From assembly GCF_947568905.1 (NCBI RefSeq), contig NC_079167.1, positions 63,364,001-63,428,000 of the forward strand: 64,000 nucleotides of DNA, written 5' to 3'. Below are positions 25,401 to 37,700 of the stretch, piece after piece. Below the pieces are notes generated by a model, which was given only the letters and a program-made list of their open reading frames with translations, was not told the origin of the DNA and searched no databases. Each line of letters opens with the position of its first letter. Position 1 is the first letter of the stretch. This stretch comes from Ostrea edulis (taxonomy: Eukaryota). A program made the position numbers and the translations under genes.

Positions 25401-28289
25401 TAAATCTGCAAGTGAAGTTTGATGACTATCAGGTAAAGAGATCTCTAATTGTTGGTTGGACAAAAATAATATTATATGCAGAGTAGAAACCCTAGTTGAT
25501 TTTTTTGACCAGAAATTCAGTAGGGGGTCATCTACAAATGCTGACCAGTGAAGTTTGATGACTATTAGCTAAAGCAGTACCACAGACTGTGCTACATTCT
25601 CACATACTACATTTACCCTCCACAGAGATGAGCTAGCTGGTATGTGTGAATGGCTGTGCTACTGTTGGGGTCATTCATATATCAAAACCTTTTTTTTGTT
25701 TTGAGTTAGATGAGATATGCTACTGATGAGTTTTATTAATGTGAACCCTATATCATACCATCTACATCTACTATTGACTTTTGATATGCTATTAACCTCA
25801 GTGTACATAGCACTTTTTTTCCTCTGTGTTTACAATGTAGCGAATTCGGATATGCACTTCAGTCGCATGTAGATATTTGTCAGCATGCAGACTGGGACTT
25901 CCTCATAAAGTTGAAAGATCTTTGAATTGTGGGGATGATATAGGGAGCAGATCACCAATAGATGTAAATTCTGCAGTGCAAATTGCATGTTAATGTATTC
26001 AGTATCATGTTGATAAATTGCTAGATGGTATTAATACAGTGCATTTAAATTATAGTTTTTGAAAGCTTTAAATTACCTTTATAACATTGGATGTGACTTA
26101 TTGTGCACAAATTCTCATCCATTCCATATTTTTGCCCCTTTTCAGCTTTACTACCAAAGGAGAAGCCTCCACTTAATGTAGTGGGTGATGTTGGTGGAAG
26201 GATTGCCATTATTGTGGTAAGAAATCACCAGTAAAGTGTCACTGAATGCAGACATTCCATTCTCATTCTAATTAATTACCGGTACAATGTCATTCCATTA
26301 TCATTCTAAGTAATTACCTTTACTGTGTCACTGAATGCAGACATTCCATTATCATTCTAAGTAATTACTGGTACTGTGTCACTGAACGCAGACATTCCAT
26401 TATCATTCTAAGTAATTACCGGTACAATGTCACTGAACACGTACAGACATTCCATTATCATTCTAAGTAATTACCGGTACAATGTCATTCCATTATCATT
26501 CTAAGTAATTACTGGTACTGTGTCACTGAACGCAGACATTCCATTATCATTCTAAGTAATTACCGGTACAATGTCATTCCATTATCATTCTAAGTAATTA
26601 TTGGGACAGTGTCACTGAATGCAGACATTCCACTATCATTCTCAAATAACTCCTCAAAATGCATGAACATGAATTCAGGAGTGGACTGTTAAATCAAGAA
26701 AAAATGTTTACTAGAACTTTTAATGTTGCAATATTTTTCTTCTATTTGTGTATTATAATTTCATAAATACTAGCAGTATAATTTGCAATGTAAATAAATG
26801 AGGAATTATAGAATCTTACAATTTTATGCAGATATTAATGCCTGACTTTTAATTAGGTCTGTACAGCAATCTAATTAAAATCAGATCTTCTCTAACCATC
26901 CAGTGTAACAGTCAGAGAAAATCTGAATTTTATTAGATTAGACTCTACAGTATGCAGTTTGAGTCTTTTATCCCCTTGCCTTTAAGTGGCACATGGGCAT
27001 CATGCAATTGACATGCTATTGCTTTCATCCTTGCAGTCATCACATGTACATTTCTTTCGTAGGATGACATGATAGATGATGTGAATGCTTTTGTTAAAGT
27101 AGCGGAGGTTTTGAAGGATCGAGGAGCGTACAAAGTGTACGCCATGGCAACCCACGGTCTTCTGTCATCAGACGCACCAAGACTCATTGAGGACTCTTGT
27201 ATTGATGAGGTAGATATTAAATGTTCAATTCAACAAATTATACTTGCATTTTAGAAGTTCTGTAAAATTGCCTTTCTTATGAGGTTAGTATTCCATGACC
27301 CGGGAATGAATATGCATATTTTGATGAATTGACTTCATGATTGAAATCTGAGTGTTAACCTAAAGTTATGGTCTAGTGGAGGATTAGAATTTGTCGATAT
27401 AGTGTACATACACAGCTTCCTGCTGTTTAAATCTTTTTTCACAAGTTTAAAATGCACATTTTAATTAGGTCACCCGAGTTACTCGGGTAAACTTTTGCTA
27501 TTGGTCTGTGTTCATCATCCATTAACAATTGAAATTTTTTTTATTATCCTTGATAAATACCATTTCAATTCTTATCAAATTTGGTATGAAGCATTTTAAG
27601 GACAAGGGGAACACAAATTGTAAATTTCAGGACTCCTGCATCTCTTGGGTCTTAGGGGCAGGGCAAAAACTGCTAAGAATTGACCAATTTTCCGTTCTTT
27701 TTATTATTTTGAAGCAAAAATATTAATTTGATCTTTAAAGGCTCAGAAATGGTGCTTTTTAACACAGGGGTTATCATCCTCAGGACTTCCATGGGGATGC
27801 TGTTCACGGTTGCTCCAAAACCCTCTGCCTTAGTTGTGCATACACATATAAAAGGGTCTAACTACATGCCTGCATTCCACATGTATTTAATGTATTGGTC
27901 AGAATATATTTACTTCAATTTTAAATTTGTGGTTTTGGCATACAGTAAAATTAAAAATGGAAAAAATAAGGCAGTGTACTGTATTACAAGCGTAATACAT
28001 GTAACATAAAAACAACAAAAATATAGTCCCATGAATGGTAATTTACAATTTTACAGCACATGTACGTTCTGTTATATCAAAATCACATGTTGGTCAATTA
28101 TTTATTAATGGTGTTTTTATTTTGTTATAGGTTGTTGTTACTAACACAGTGCCACATGAAATTCAGAAAATGCAGTGTCACAAAATCAAAACAGTAGACA
28201 TCAGTATCATGCTTACGGAGGCGATCAGGCGAATCCAGAATAACGAGTCCATGTCCTACTTATTCAGAAACATAGGCTTGGATGATTGA
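19411..28289 (+). CDS. PRPSAP1: Phosphoribosyl pyrophosphate synthase-associated protein (PAP39/PAP41 family), 9 coding exons
   Basis: Exons (plus): 19411-19493, 20752-20804, 21030-21096, 22186-22358, 24579-24694, 24812-25016, 26146-26216, 27063-27209, 28131-28289; all GT-AG and in phase. PAP-specific motifs: [40 protein letters not shown], acidic insert [15 protein letters not shown] (where catalytic PRPS has DDMADTCGT), C-terminus [10 protein letters not shown]. Probably co-orthologous to PRPSAP1 and PRPSAP2. Confidence 0.95.
21450..22153. repeat. 20-bp minisatellite, about 35 copies, PRPSAP intron 3
   Basis: Unit CACAGATACAGGTAGTCT(A/G)T; ends about 30 nt before the exon 4 acceptor. Confidence 0.97.
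23770..24375. repeat. About 39-42 bp minisatellite, PRPSAP intron 4
   Basis: Unit GTGATGTAAGCCTGAGTTTCTCTATGAGGATATATAGATTTT; explains the repetitive ORFs at 23629 and 24054. Confidence 0.95.
26233..26645. repeat. Compound minisatellite directly after the PRPSAP exon 7 donor
   Basis: Modules GTCACTGAA(T/C)GCAGAC and ATTCCATTATCATTCTAAGTAATTACCGGTACAAT. Confidence 0.9.
27470..27810 (+). mobile_element. Helentron/pearl-type fragment
   Basis: Starts TTAGGTCACCCGAGTTACTCGGGTAAAC...TTGCTATTG, a short palindrome like those at the ends of the 38358 and 47101 elements. Confidence 0.5.
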
Positions 28290-30389
28290 TCTCGGGTGTA
28301 AAATTCATAAAAGACTACTTGAGCTGATTGAATGTTATGAAGGAATGGATGAATTGGTATCTGTAATCGGTATTTTGATATTGTCAACCAGATGACAGGG
28401 AAGATGGATCTTGACCAAAACACACAGGTCCGAGGCCTGTAAAATCAGCTGGGAGCCACTAGGGAATAATAAAATTTAAGAAATATAAGTCCAATGGGTC
28501 TGTTGATTTTTCATCTCAACGCACTAGCAGACTTACTTCTATTTAAACTAAAACATAACACCCCCATTGAAATGACATTGTAGCTTTGGTTGTTTTGTTA
28601 TTATTCTCTGTTAATATTGGCCACATTATGTAATTCTTTTTTGTCCTGAAGAAATTTATTTTGCATGATATTCATGTGTGTGATTGTTCATGTGGTTACT
28701 GCATGATATTGACATATCCAGGGCTCCGTGTTTGCCCAACTCTCAATTTTGTATTGTTTATAGCAAGGCGTTATGAGATTCATCACTGTTAGTTATCTTC
28801 ACCTTTCATGGTAATTATCAAACAAAAAGGAATACACAATAAAATCATGTGAGCCACTTTTCCCTGTGTACCTTTAGATTGACGAGAAAATATTTTGGAC
28901 CATTTGGCAATCAAAAGCATTCATGTTGTCTGATATACATGTATCAATATTGTTAATGGAATGTGCTAATGAAAATCATGATTGAAAAACACCATAAGGA
29001 AAGCTTACTGAAGTGTATGTATATACGTATAAATATAAAGAATCTCGTGCACTATCATGATCTACTGACTTTCTTCCTCCATGCACTGCATACAGCGGTG
29101 TTTTGTTGACATGTCGTTCATGAAAAAGGAATTCATAATTACATTCTTCCATTCCTAGTAACTTCCTTTAGGTGGTTATACCAAAGTTGTATTTTTATTG
29201 CTATCCAACTATTTATCTAACTAAATTCAACTTAATCTTCAAAAATATTTGCATTTCCGTGTAATGCATACCTTTAAACAAATTACATGTATATACCTTT
29301 AAGAAATAAAAACAAAACCTTAGAGAGATTAATCTTTGCAAAACAAAAATTTCGGCTGAACATTGCACACATACTGGGGCATAACTACTCGAGTATTGTG
29401 AAACAAAGAAAATTTGACTTGATAAATTTCATTTTCCCTTCAGTGCATGCAGTTTTATATCTATGTATAGATTAAACAACAAACTGCATGCCTGTATATG
29501 GTGTAGATTCTATCCTATCAATTTTCCTAGGTAATTCTGATCATACATCTTATATATATCAGTTCATCATCCATACAGTAGTAAATTAATATTTTTAAAA
29601 AAACCCATGAAAACCAGGGAAAAAATGGATGACATTAATATTCTCTATAACTTTATTTTTTGGAGGGAAGTCATATCGTGTTAACTTGTACATTTTGTTT
29701 TGTCCTGTTGTTTATACAGTGCCAAAGATCCACCCATCATTTGATTATTAAATCAGGTTGTAAAGCTATTTAAATGTTAACACTTGTGTTTATGTTGTAG
29801 GATAAAACTTGAAATGTGTACAACAAAACATGGCTATAAATATTGAACCCTTGCACAATGAAATGCTGGTCATAACAAGGTTTTAAATTGAACTTCTTGT
29901 CTTTAGCAAAATATAAAATAATACCTTATCTAAATAAATGAAACTTGAATGTTTCTGAATGGTGTTTTACTGTGATTGTTGATAATTCTTAATGATGCAT
30001 AATGTTCATGCACATTATTAAGACTGCATGTGATGTACATTTATTTGTGTATTAAAAGGAGGGAGTTGATAGCCAAGCAACAATCAAACTTGGAAAAGTC
30101 TAGTATTTGTTTTAAATGATTTCCATCAAAATAAAAGTTTGGAAATTATATGTTTGTCAATTTGATTTATATTTGAAAGAAAAATTGAATAGAATCCTCT
30201 ATAAACACTCCTCAGTAATCTATCTCCAAACTATTAAAAGTACAAGATTTTTTATTTTAGAAACATATATGCCCCCCTATGTAATAATATATGAAAAGGA
30301 TCAACTATAAGTTTAGAATATCTGCAATGGTAGTGAAATATATGGGTTATTTATCAGTCAGGGCAACCACAATACATGTACTAAGTTTG

Positions 30390-31118
30390 ATCTTTATCAG
30401 ACAAAGGATTATAAACATGATAAGCAGTACTTCTTATATCCAGAGGCGAGATTAAAAATGAAGTCATAAGACATTTTGACCAGTGCAGGTAATCTACTAT
30501 TTAGGGGATACTGGTGTACCAAAGTTAAGGTTTGTCATGCCAAGAATTCACAATGATAATGAGCAGAAAATATTTTTTTATATCCAGAGGTATAGTACAT
30601 GTAGTTTGATCTTAAAAATAAAATTGGGTCACCTACTCCTTAGGATGTTCCATTATACCAAGTTTGACTGTCTGTCAAGCAAAGGGTTCATAAAATAATG
30701 AGCAGAACACATCTTCCTTTTTTCAGAGTAGATTGATGCCTTGTGACCTCAGTGTACCAAGCTTGATGTCTGTCAAACAAAGGGTTCTCAAAATATTGAG
30801 CAGATAATATCCTCCTGTGTCCAAAGTTAATGGTCCCTTCACCTTGTGACATTAAAATCAGTAGGTCATCCACTTCTTAGGGGGAACCAGTGTACCAAGT
30901 TTGAATTAAGTCTGTCAAGTAAAGGGATAACAAGAAATTGATCAGATAATGCCTTCCTATGTCCATAGTGAGTTGGTCTTAGACCTTGAAATCTGTAGGG
31001 GTCATTTACTCTTCAGGAGGAACCAATATACCAAGTTTGATGTCAAGCAAAGGTTTTCAAAATATTGATTAGACAATTGGTCTACTGACTGATATACCCC
31101 TCAAAGGGGGAGCATAAA
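30390..31118 (-). mobile_element. Helentron/pearl-type element related to 13622-15324, reverse orientation
   Basis: Modules TACCAAGTTTGA..TCTGTCAAGCAAAGGG.T.TCA..ATATTGAG are reverse complements of those at 13.6-15.3 kb; terminal palindrome ATACCCCTCAAAGGGGGAGCATA. Confidence 0.7.
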
Positions 31119-31499
31119 GATAAACATTGAACCAATGACTTCTATTTACTAGAGGTTTGAACAGGTGCATGTACAATGTATATCTGAAATCCATTGATGA
31201 TCAAGGAATTGTGTTCACACGACATGTGGTTATCATCTTACAAGAAGTATTGGCAAGATTGGATTCTGATTTAAGCTCACTTCAAGGTCAGCAAGTGATT
31301 GTTCAATATTATACATATACAGTCCACTCCACTTATATTGAAGTTGATAATATATTGAAATATCGGTTATATTGAAGATAAAATAAATCCCCAGTAGCAA
31401 ATATTTATGTAGTTCAAGATTGGTTATATTGAACTTTGGATATAATGAACAATTCAGGTCGGTTCCCTTCATTTCACCGGAGTAGACCGTATAATACAC

Positions 31500-31900
31500 G
31501 AGGGCATGAACTGACGTGACGCCTTATGTCAGCACATTTCATGAGGTATGTTCGAGCTTCGTTAGTGTTCATGAAAAGTATGCTGGTGTGAAGCGTTGCT
31601 GTTCATGCCTTCATGTATTTCAAAAATGAATTTTTAAATTTTTAAAAAAATTTACATTTTAGTTTAATTTCTTTCAGAACATTCCCAGCCGTTAAAATAG
31701 TCGTACATTCGTTTGTTTATAAAAGATTCCTACGCACACTGTTCACATTCATGAGGAAATGGCCGTCATTTCAATTGGCAATAAAACATAGAGGCAGAAA
31801 CACTGGAAATGTAAATATTTAAGAAATACGATATCGTTTTTTAGTATTAATGGGATATGACATGAAGTTGGTCACGTGATCAAATCCTACAATGCCCTAA
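31500..31900 (+). mobile_element. Dispersed non-coding repeat; related copy at about 55915-56290
   Basis: Both copies share GAGGGCA...TTCATGA...TT(C/G)AAAATGAA...TTCCCAGCC.TTAAAATAG...CACTGTT...TTCATGAGGAAATG in the same order. Confidence 0.55.
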
Positions 31901-32951
31901 TTTCATTAGATGTAGTTGTTCTATGAAAATAAACCAATCCAATGAATTAAACTACGATTCTCCCTTTGAGGGCCAATTCTGAATCCTGAATGGATGATGC
32001 CTCAGCACATAATTATATTTTCCAGATGAGAGACAAGACTCTGGTTCTAGAGCTTATATAAAACATGTTTTCCAGGGTTTTTATATATGATCACAACAGT
32101 TTTTTTCAATCTTATATTTAGTGACATGGGCCTATTTTGAGGTGTCTTTGACTGGAAGGTCATAATATATGCATATGTCTAATAGATCAAACTGACTAAT
32201 CAATATGCTGTTTTTCCCAGTTTTTGTCATGTTTTCATTTGACATTTTCACACAGGGAAACATCAACTCTGATGATCCACAATGCTGTATATCAATCTTC
32301 CATTTCAATGAACAGTATAGCCACTGTTGCTAAAAGTAGAACAATCTATCGTTATACAGTCTACTCTAGATATACTGACATTCAGGGGATTTGCCTCAAT
32401 TGTTCGTTAAATATATCCAAAGTTCAATATAACTGTCCGATGTTGAATTATAAAAACTATGTTACATATTATGTACTGGGGATTAATTTTTGGCCGGGTT
32501 GCACGAAGTGCAAATCCGGTCTATAGTATGGTGAAGTGCAGGCGGGTGGGTGGGCGGGCGGTTGGGGAAATTTTGTGAAATCAACTCCTCCTACATTTTT
32601 TTATATACAACCTTGAAACTTTGCAGAAAGTAAGTACATATATTGAAGTTATGCACTAGGTATTTTGAAGTCTGACTTTTGTCGAATATGGGCGCTACAG
32701 CAAAAAGTTGTTACTAAAAATAGAGTTCAACTTGAAAAAGGTAAATGAGATTATCTTTTGTGGTTAAATTTAGTTGCACTACCTCTGAGGAAAAATTCAA
32801 TTATATATGAATGTCAAATTTTCTGGGCATGAGTTGTAAATTTGCAATATAAATAGAGAAATTCTGTCTCTTTATCATATAATCATATACAATTCAAGCA
32901 CCTGAAGTTATTGTTCATTTTAGTTATTATTACTTAATATTACATATATCA

Positions 32952-33600
32952 GCAGTGCTCCAAGTTGCGAGTAAAACGGTCGCATTTGCGACCAGAAAAT
33001 CAATTTTGCGACTAGAGATTATAATTAAGTCGCATTTTCGCGAGTGAAGAAAATTTGGGCAACCAGTAAAATTTTAGAATCGGGATCGGAAGTCTGAATA
33101 AATATTTTTAGTCTCGGTCAAAACAATCAAGATGGCGGGAAAACGAGGTTTAGAGCACTTTGGATTTATCAATAGTAAAAAACAGAAGCCTCAGCCTTGT
33201 ACATGTAACAAAGAAATTCAAGAATCACACGGGGAAAGTTCTGCATCAAAAGATGGCATAGCAATGTCTAAAGAGAAATGCAAAAGTAAAGGAAGAACCC
33301 CAGTCCTGAAATGGCGGAGGAAATTTTCGTGATGGCAAAATGTTTTGCAGAATTTGTGAGGCCAATAAGCCAGCAACGTCCACAATTTCTAGACATCCAT
33401 TGTCCTATTTCGCCACGACCGAGTGTACATCTTTCAAACGTGGAAATGTGACTATTCACGGTAACAGTAAGAGACATGTCGTTGTCCGTGACTGCATTAT
33501 TAGCAGTAAGTCGAGCGGGGCAACAGATAACTACCACCAAATAAATCCCTACCCAAATTATTTACTCTAAATATTGCAACCCGGCCAATTGACTCTTTGA
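32952..33600 (+). mobile_element. Truncated hAT-like element, 5' end with a degenerate zinc-finger ORF
   Basis: Starts CAGTGCTC, the same terminus as the 16136 element, with subterminal TTGCGA/GTCGCA repeats. Broken ORF MAGKRGLEHFGF...KWRRKFS / MFCRICEAN...CTSFKRGNVTIHGNSKRH resembles hAT N-terminal zinc fingers. No matching right TIR found. Confidence 0.6.
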
Positions 33601-34702
33601 CCCATTTTTACGTCAATTTAACAGATAATTCAATATAAGAGACTTCAATATAAGTGGGGTAGACTGTACCTACGCTTTGTCAATCAACAGTTTAGATATA
33701 CACGGAGACAAATAATTCTACATGTCAAAATGCTTATATCAATAGAAAATATGACTGCCAATACTAAAAATACATTATCTAGTCATTATCTAATTGAATT
33801 ATTTCAAAATGCTACATCTAGTTCAGAATATAATGTGTGTGGGTGCATTTCTCTTCCGATATTTTACCCAGCGTCTTGAAGGTCCGACAAGTAGAGTTTG
33901 ATTACAAGGAAATGAAATTTAGATTTTGAATCTGGGTTGTTTAAACAATGTCCATGGATTTTAAAAACTAAATCAGGATTCTAGATCCCTCGAATCTACC
34001 TCAAGATGGTTTCAAATCAAATGTAAGTTTGCTGCTAGTGTTTTATCATGAATGAGTGACATACTTTAAGTTAATTTGGCAAAAATAAAGATTCTTGTAT
34101 AACAAGGCATTCTAACTTGCGACTTTATAAATCTTCAACAGTATTTGAAATACCGAATAAGCAGAACTTTTAGCAAGGATTTAATTTCGGCATTATTAGC
34201 GAGAGTGGCGAGATTGCTAAAATTGAATATCACAAAAAATTATTTCACATCGAAGGTAATAGTTATCTTTCTTGGAATTATGAAGTTTCTAAAATTAGCT
34301 CTCCCTAAAAATATACATACATCTGTATTGAAAAATCTCTAATTTTGTGTCTCACTAAATATTTCACTTATACAGCATCACCTACAATATGATTTCTACC
34401 AAATGAAAGTGACCTAAGTTTTTGACCTATACAGAATACATCATGGAGACTGTGAAATGTTGACCCAAACAATGATGGTCATCCTGAATTCAGAGCCTCT
34501 TCATGGCATCAACAGGAAACTAAGAAAGCATTTCTTGCTCTCTGATCCAGTAACCTTGACCTTACAAGAATTGCACTTTTATTGGTGAAGGACTATCACT
34601 GGGAGCATTGTTTTGTACAGATGTAATGAAATATTCAAATTTTCACATCCATAAAAAAAAAATCTTCCCTCTCAGTAACTGACAAAGAAATACTAAAGTG
34701 AT

Positions 34703-37700
34703 TCACTTTAATGTAAAACAATGTATACAATACGATCTGCTTAATATAATGTTATTTCTACGATTACACAATCCTATGACATCTGTGTTCTCCATGCAGG
34801 ACACCATTTCACCACTGAATTTGTCCCAGATATGTAGAGAACCAGTTTTATTCACTGCTGCTATGTAATCTTCCATGTGAAAAGCCGTACTACACCTAAA
34901 GATAAATAATGTACTCAGTAACTGAAAATGAATGATTACAGGTGGAGATGCACAGAATTTAAACTGAGAGTAAAAGGAATGATAAATTATCGTTTTCGAA
35001 GGAACATGCACAGCACGAGAGGACAGCGGTGATCAATGTAATATTTATTATACCTTTACCGATTTCTCTGTATAAAAGTAACATGATTTCTTAATGAAGG
35101 CCTAGAGCTGCAACCTCTCGCTATTACTAGAACAGCAACCTCTCACTATTACTAGAACAGCAACCTCTCACTATTACTAGAACTGCAACTTCTCACTATT
35201 ATTAGAACAGCAACCTTTTGCTATTACTAGTGTGCAACCTTTCGCTATTATTAGAGCTGTAACCTCTCGCTATTACTAGAGCTGCAACTTCTCGCTATAA
35301 CTAGAACAGCAACCTCTATTACTAGAACAGCAACCTGTCACTATTACTAGAACAGCAACCTGTCACTATTACTAGAACAGCAACCTCTCACTATTACTAG
35401 AACAGCAACCTCTCACTATTACTAGAACTGCAACTTCTAGCTATTATTAGAACAGCAACCTTTTGCTATTACTAGTGTGCAACCTTTTGCTATTATTAGA
35501 GCTGTAACCTCTCGCTATTACTAGAGCTGCAACTTCTTGCTATTACTAGAACAGCAACTTCTCGCTATTACTAGAACTGCAACTTCTAGCTATTACTAGA
35601 ACAGCAACCTTTTGCTATTACTAGTGTGCAACCTTTTGCTATTATTAGAGCTGTAACCTCTCGCTATTACTAGAGCTGCAACTTCTCACTATTACTAGAA
35701 CAGCAATCTCGCTATTACTAGAGCTGCAACCTCTTGCTATTACTAGAACAGCAACCTCTCGCTATTATTAGAGCTGCAACTCTTGTTTTCACTAGAACAG
35801 CAACTTTTCACTATTACTAGAGCTGCAACTTCTCGCTATTACTAGAACAGCAACCTCTCACTATTACTAGAGCTACAACTTCTCACTATTACCAGAGCGA
35901 TTTGATGAGAATACATAATGTAGTAATCCCCCTTGGTGCACTAATGGGGCACATAAGCGACATTTGAACTTCAAATTCTTGCACGTACTTCTTGAATCTG
36001 TTTTTAAAAGAATGATTCTGTCAAAAATTTTAACTTCTCATCACTGTGACCTTTCATTTCTAAATGACCTTGGTTGAGGAACATGACACCCTCTGGTCAG
36101 GGAAAGTTATGGAACTTTTAAAAATTTTACACTGTTTTTCCCTATGACAAAATTGACCTTTTCTGATTGACATTGACACACCCATCTGGTCATGTACAGT
36201 TGAAATTCTGTAACTCAAACATACCATGGATATGTCTAAGTGAGATGAAAGTCCTGAATACATTTCTTTTATGTGTTTTAACCTCAATATCTTGAACATT
36301 CGGATATCTTAAAGTATTTCTCAACCCCATCGAGGTTGACACAATGAGGTTTGACTGTACATCTAAATTCTAAAACTATGGCCCAGAGAAGATTTTTATG
36401 TTGACACCCCCCCCCCCCCCCCCAAATCCCTTATGAAATCACTACAACTTTCAAATTTGATATAAACATGTGTACAAATACTGTAAAGTGTCACTCAACA
36501 ACATTCTATAAACAGACAAAACAATACAAGTATTACCATACAACAAAATTCTATAAACAGACAAAACAATACAAGTATTACCATACAACAATATTCTATA
36601 AACAGACAAAACAATACAAGTATTACCATACAACAATATTTGTGGAGGATGTAAAATGTGCCTGCATGGATTTTTAACTAGATCAGTAACATACCCTTTC
36701 CACTTTCTGCTGTTGAATGGAAACAGGACTTTGGTTTGACAATTTGTGGGGTTCACCAGCATCATACACCCTGCCAGGAAACAGTCTGATATTGCCATCA
36801 GAGGACAAAACAGGTACCCCTGTATAGCATTAACTCTTAGTCAGTATTATAATATATAAATATAAACAGTCTGATATTGCCATCAGAGGACAAAACAGGT
36901 ACCCCTGTATAGCATTAACTCTTAGTCAGTATTATAATATATAAACAGTCTGATATTGCCATCAGAGGACAAACAGGTACCCCTGTATAGCATTAACTCT
37001 TAGTCAGTATTATAATATATAAATATAAACAGTCTGATATTGTCATCAGAGGACAAAACAGGTAACCCTGTATAGCATTAACTCTTAGTCAGTATTATAA
37101 TATATAAATATAAACAGTCTGATATTGTCATAAGAGGACAAACAGGTACCCCTGTATAGCATTAACTCTTAGTCAGTATTATAATATATAAATATAAACA
37201 GTCTGATATTGTCATCAGGGGACAAACAGGTACCCCTGTATAGCATTAACTCTTAGTCAGTATTATAATATATAAATATAAACAGTCTGATATTGTCATC
37301 AGAGGACAAACAGGTACCCCTGTATAGCATTAACTCTTGGGCAGTATTATAATATATAAATATAAACAGTCTGATATTGTCATCAGAGGACAAACAGGTA
37401 CCCCTGTATAGCATTAACTCTTAGTCAGTATTATAATATATAAATATAAACAGTCTGATATTGTCATCAGAGGACAAACAGGTACCCCTGTATAGCATTA
37501 ACTCTTAGTCAGTATTATAATATATAAACAGTCTGATATTGTCATAAGAGGACAAACAGGTACCCCTGTATAGCATTAACTCTTAGTCAATATTATAATA
37601 TATAAATATATACAGTCTGATATTGCCATCAGAGGACAAACAGGTACCCCTGTATAGCATTAACTCTTAGTCAGTATTATAATATATAAATATAAACAGT

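Noticed and set aside
19411-28289. Catalytic PRPP synthetase (PRPS1/2)
   Set aside because: It lacks the DDMADTCGT PRPP-binding loop and carries PAP-specific motifs.
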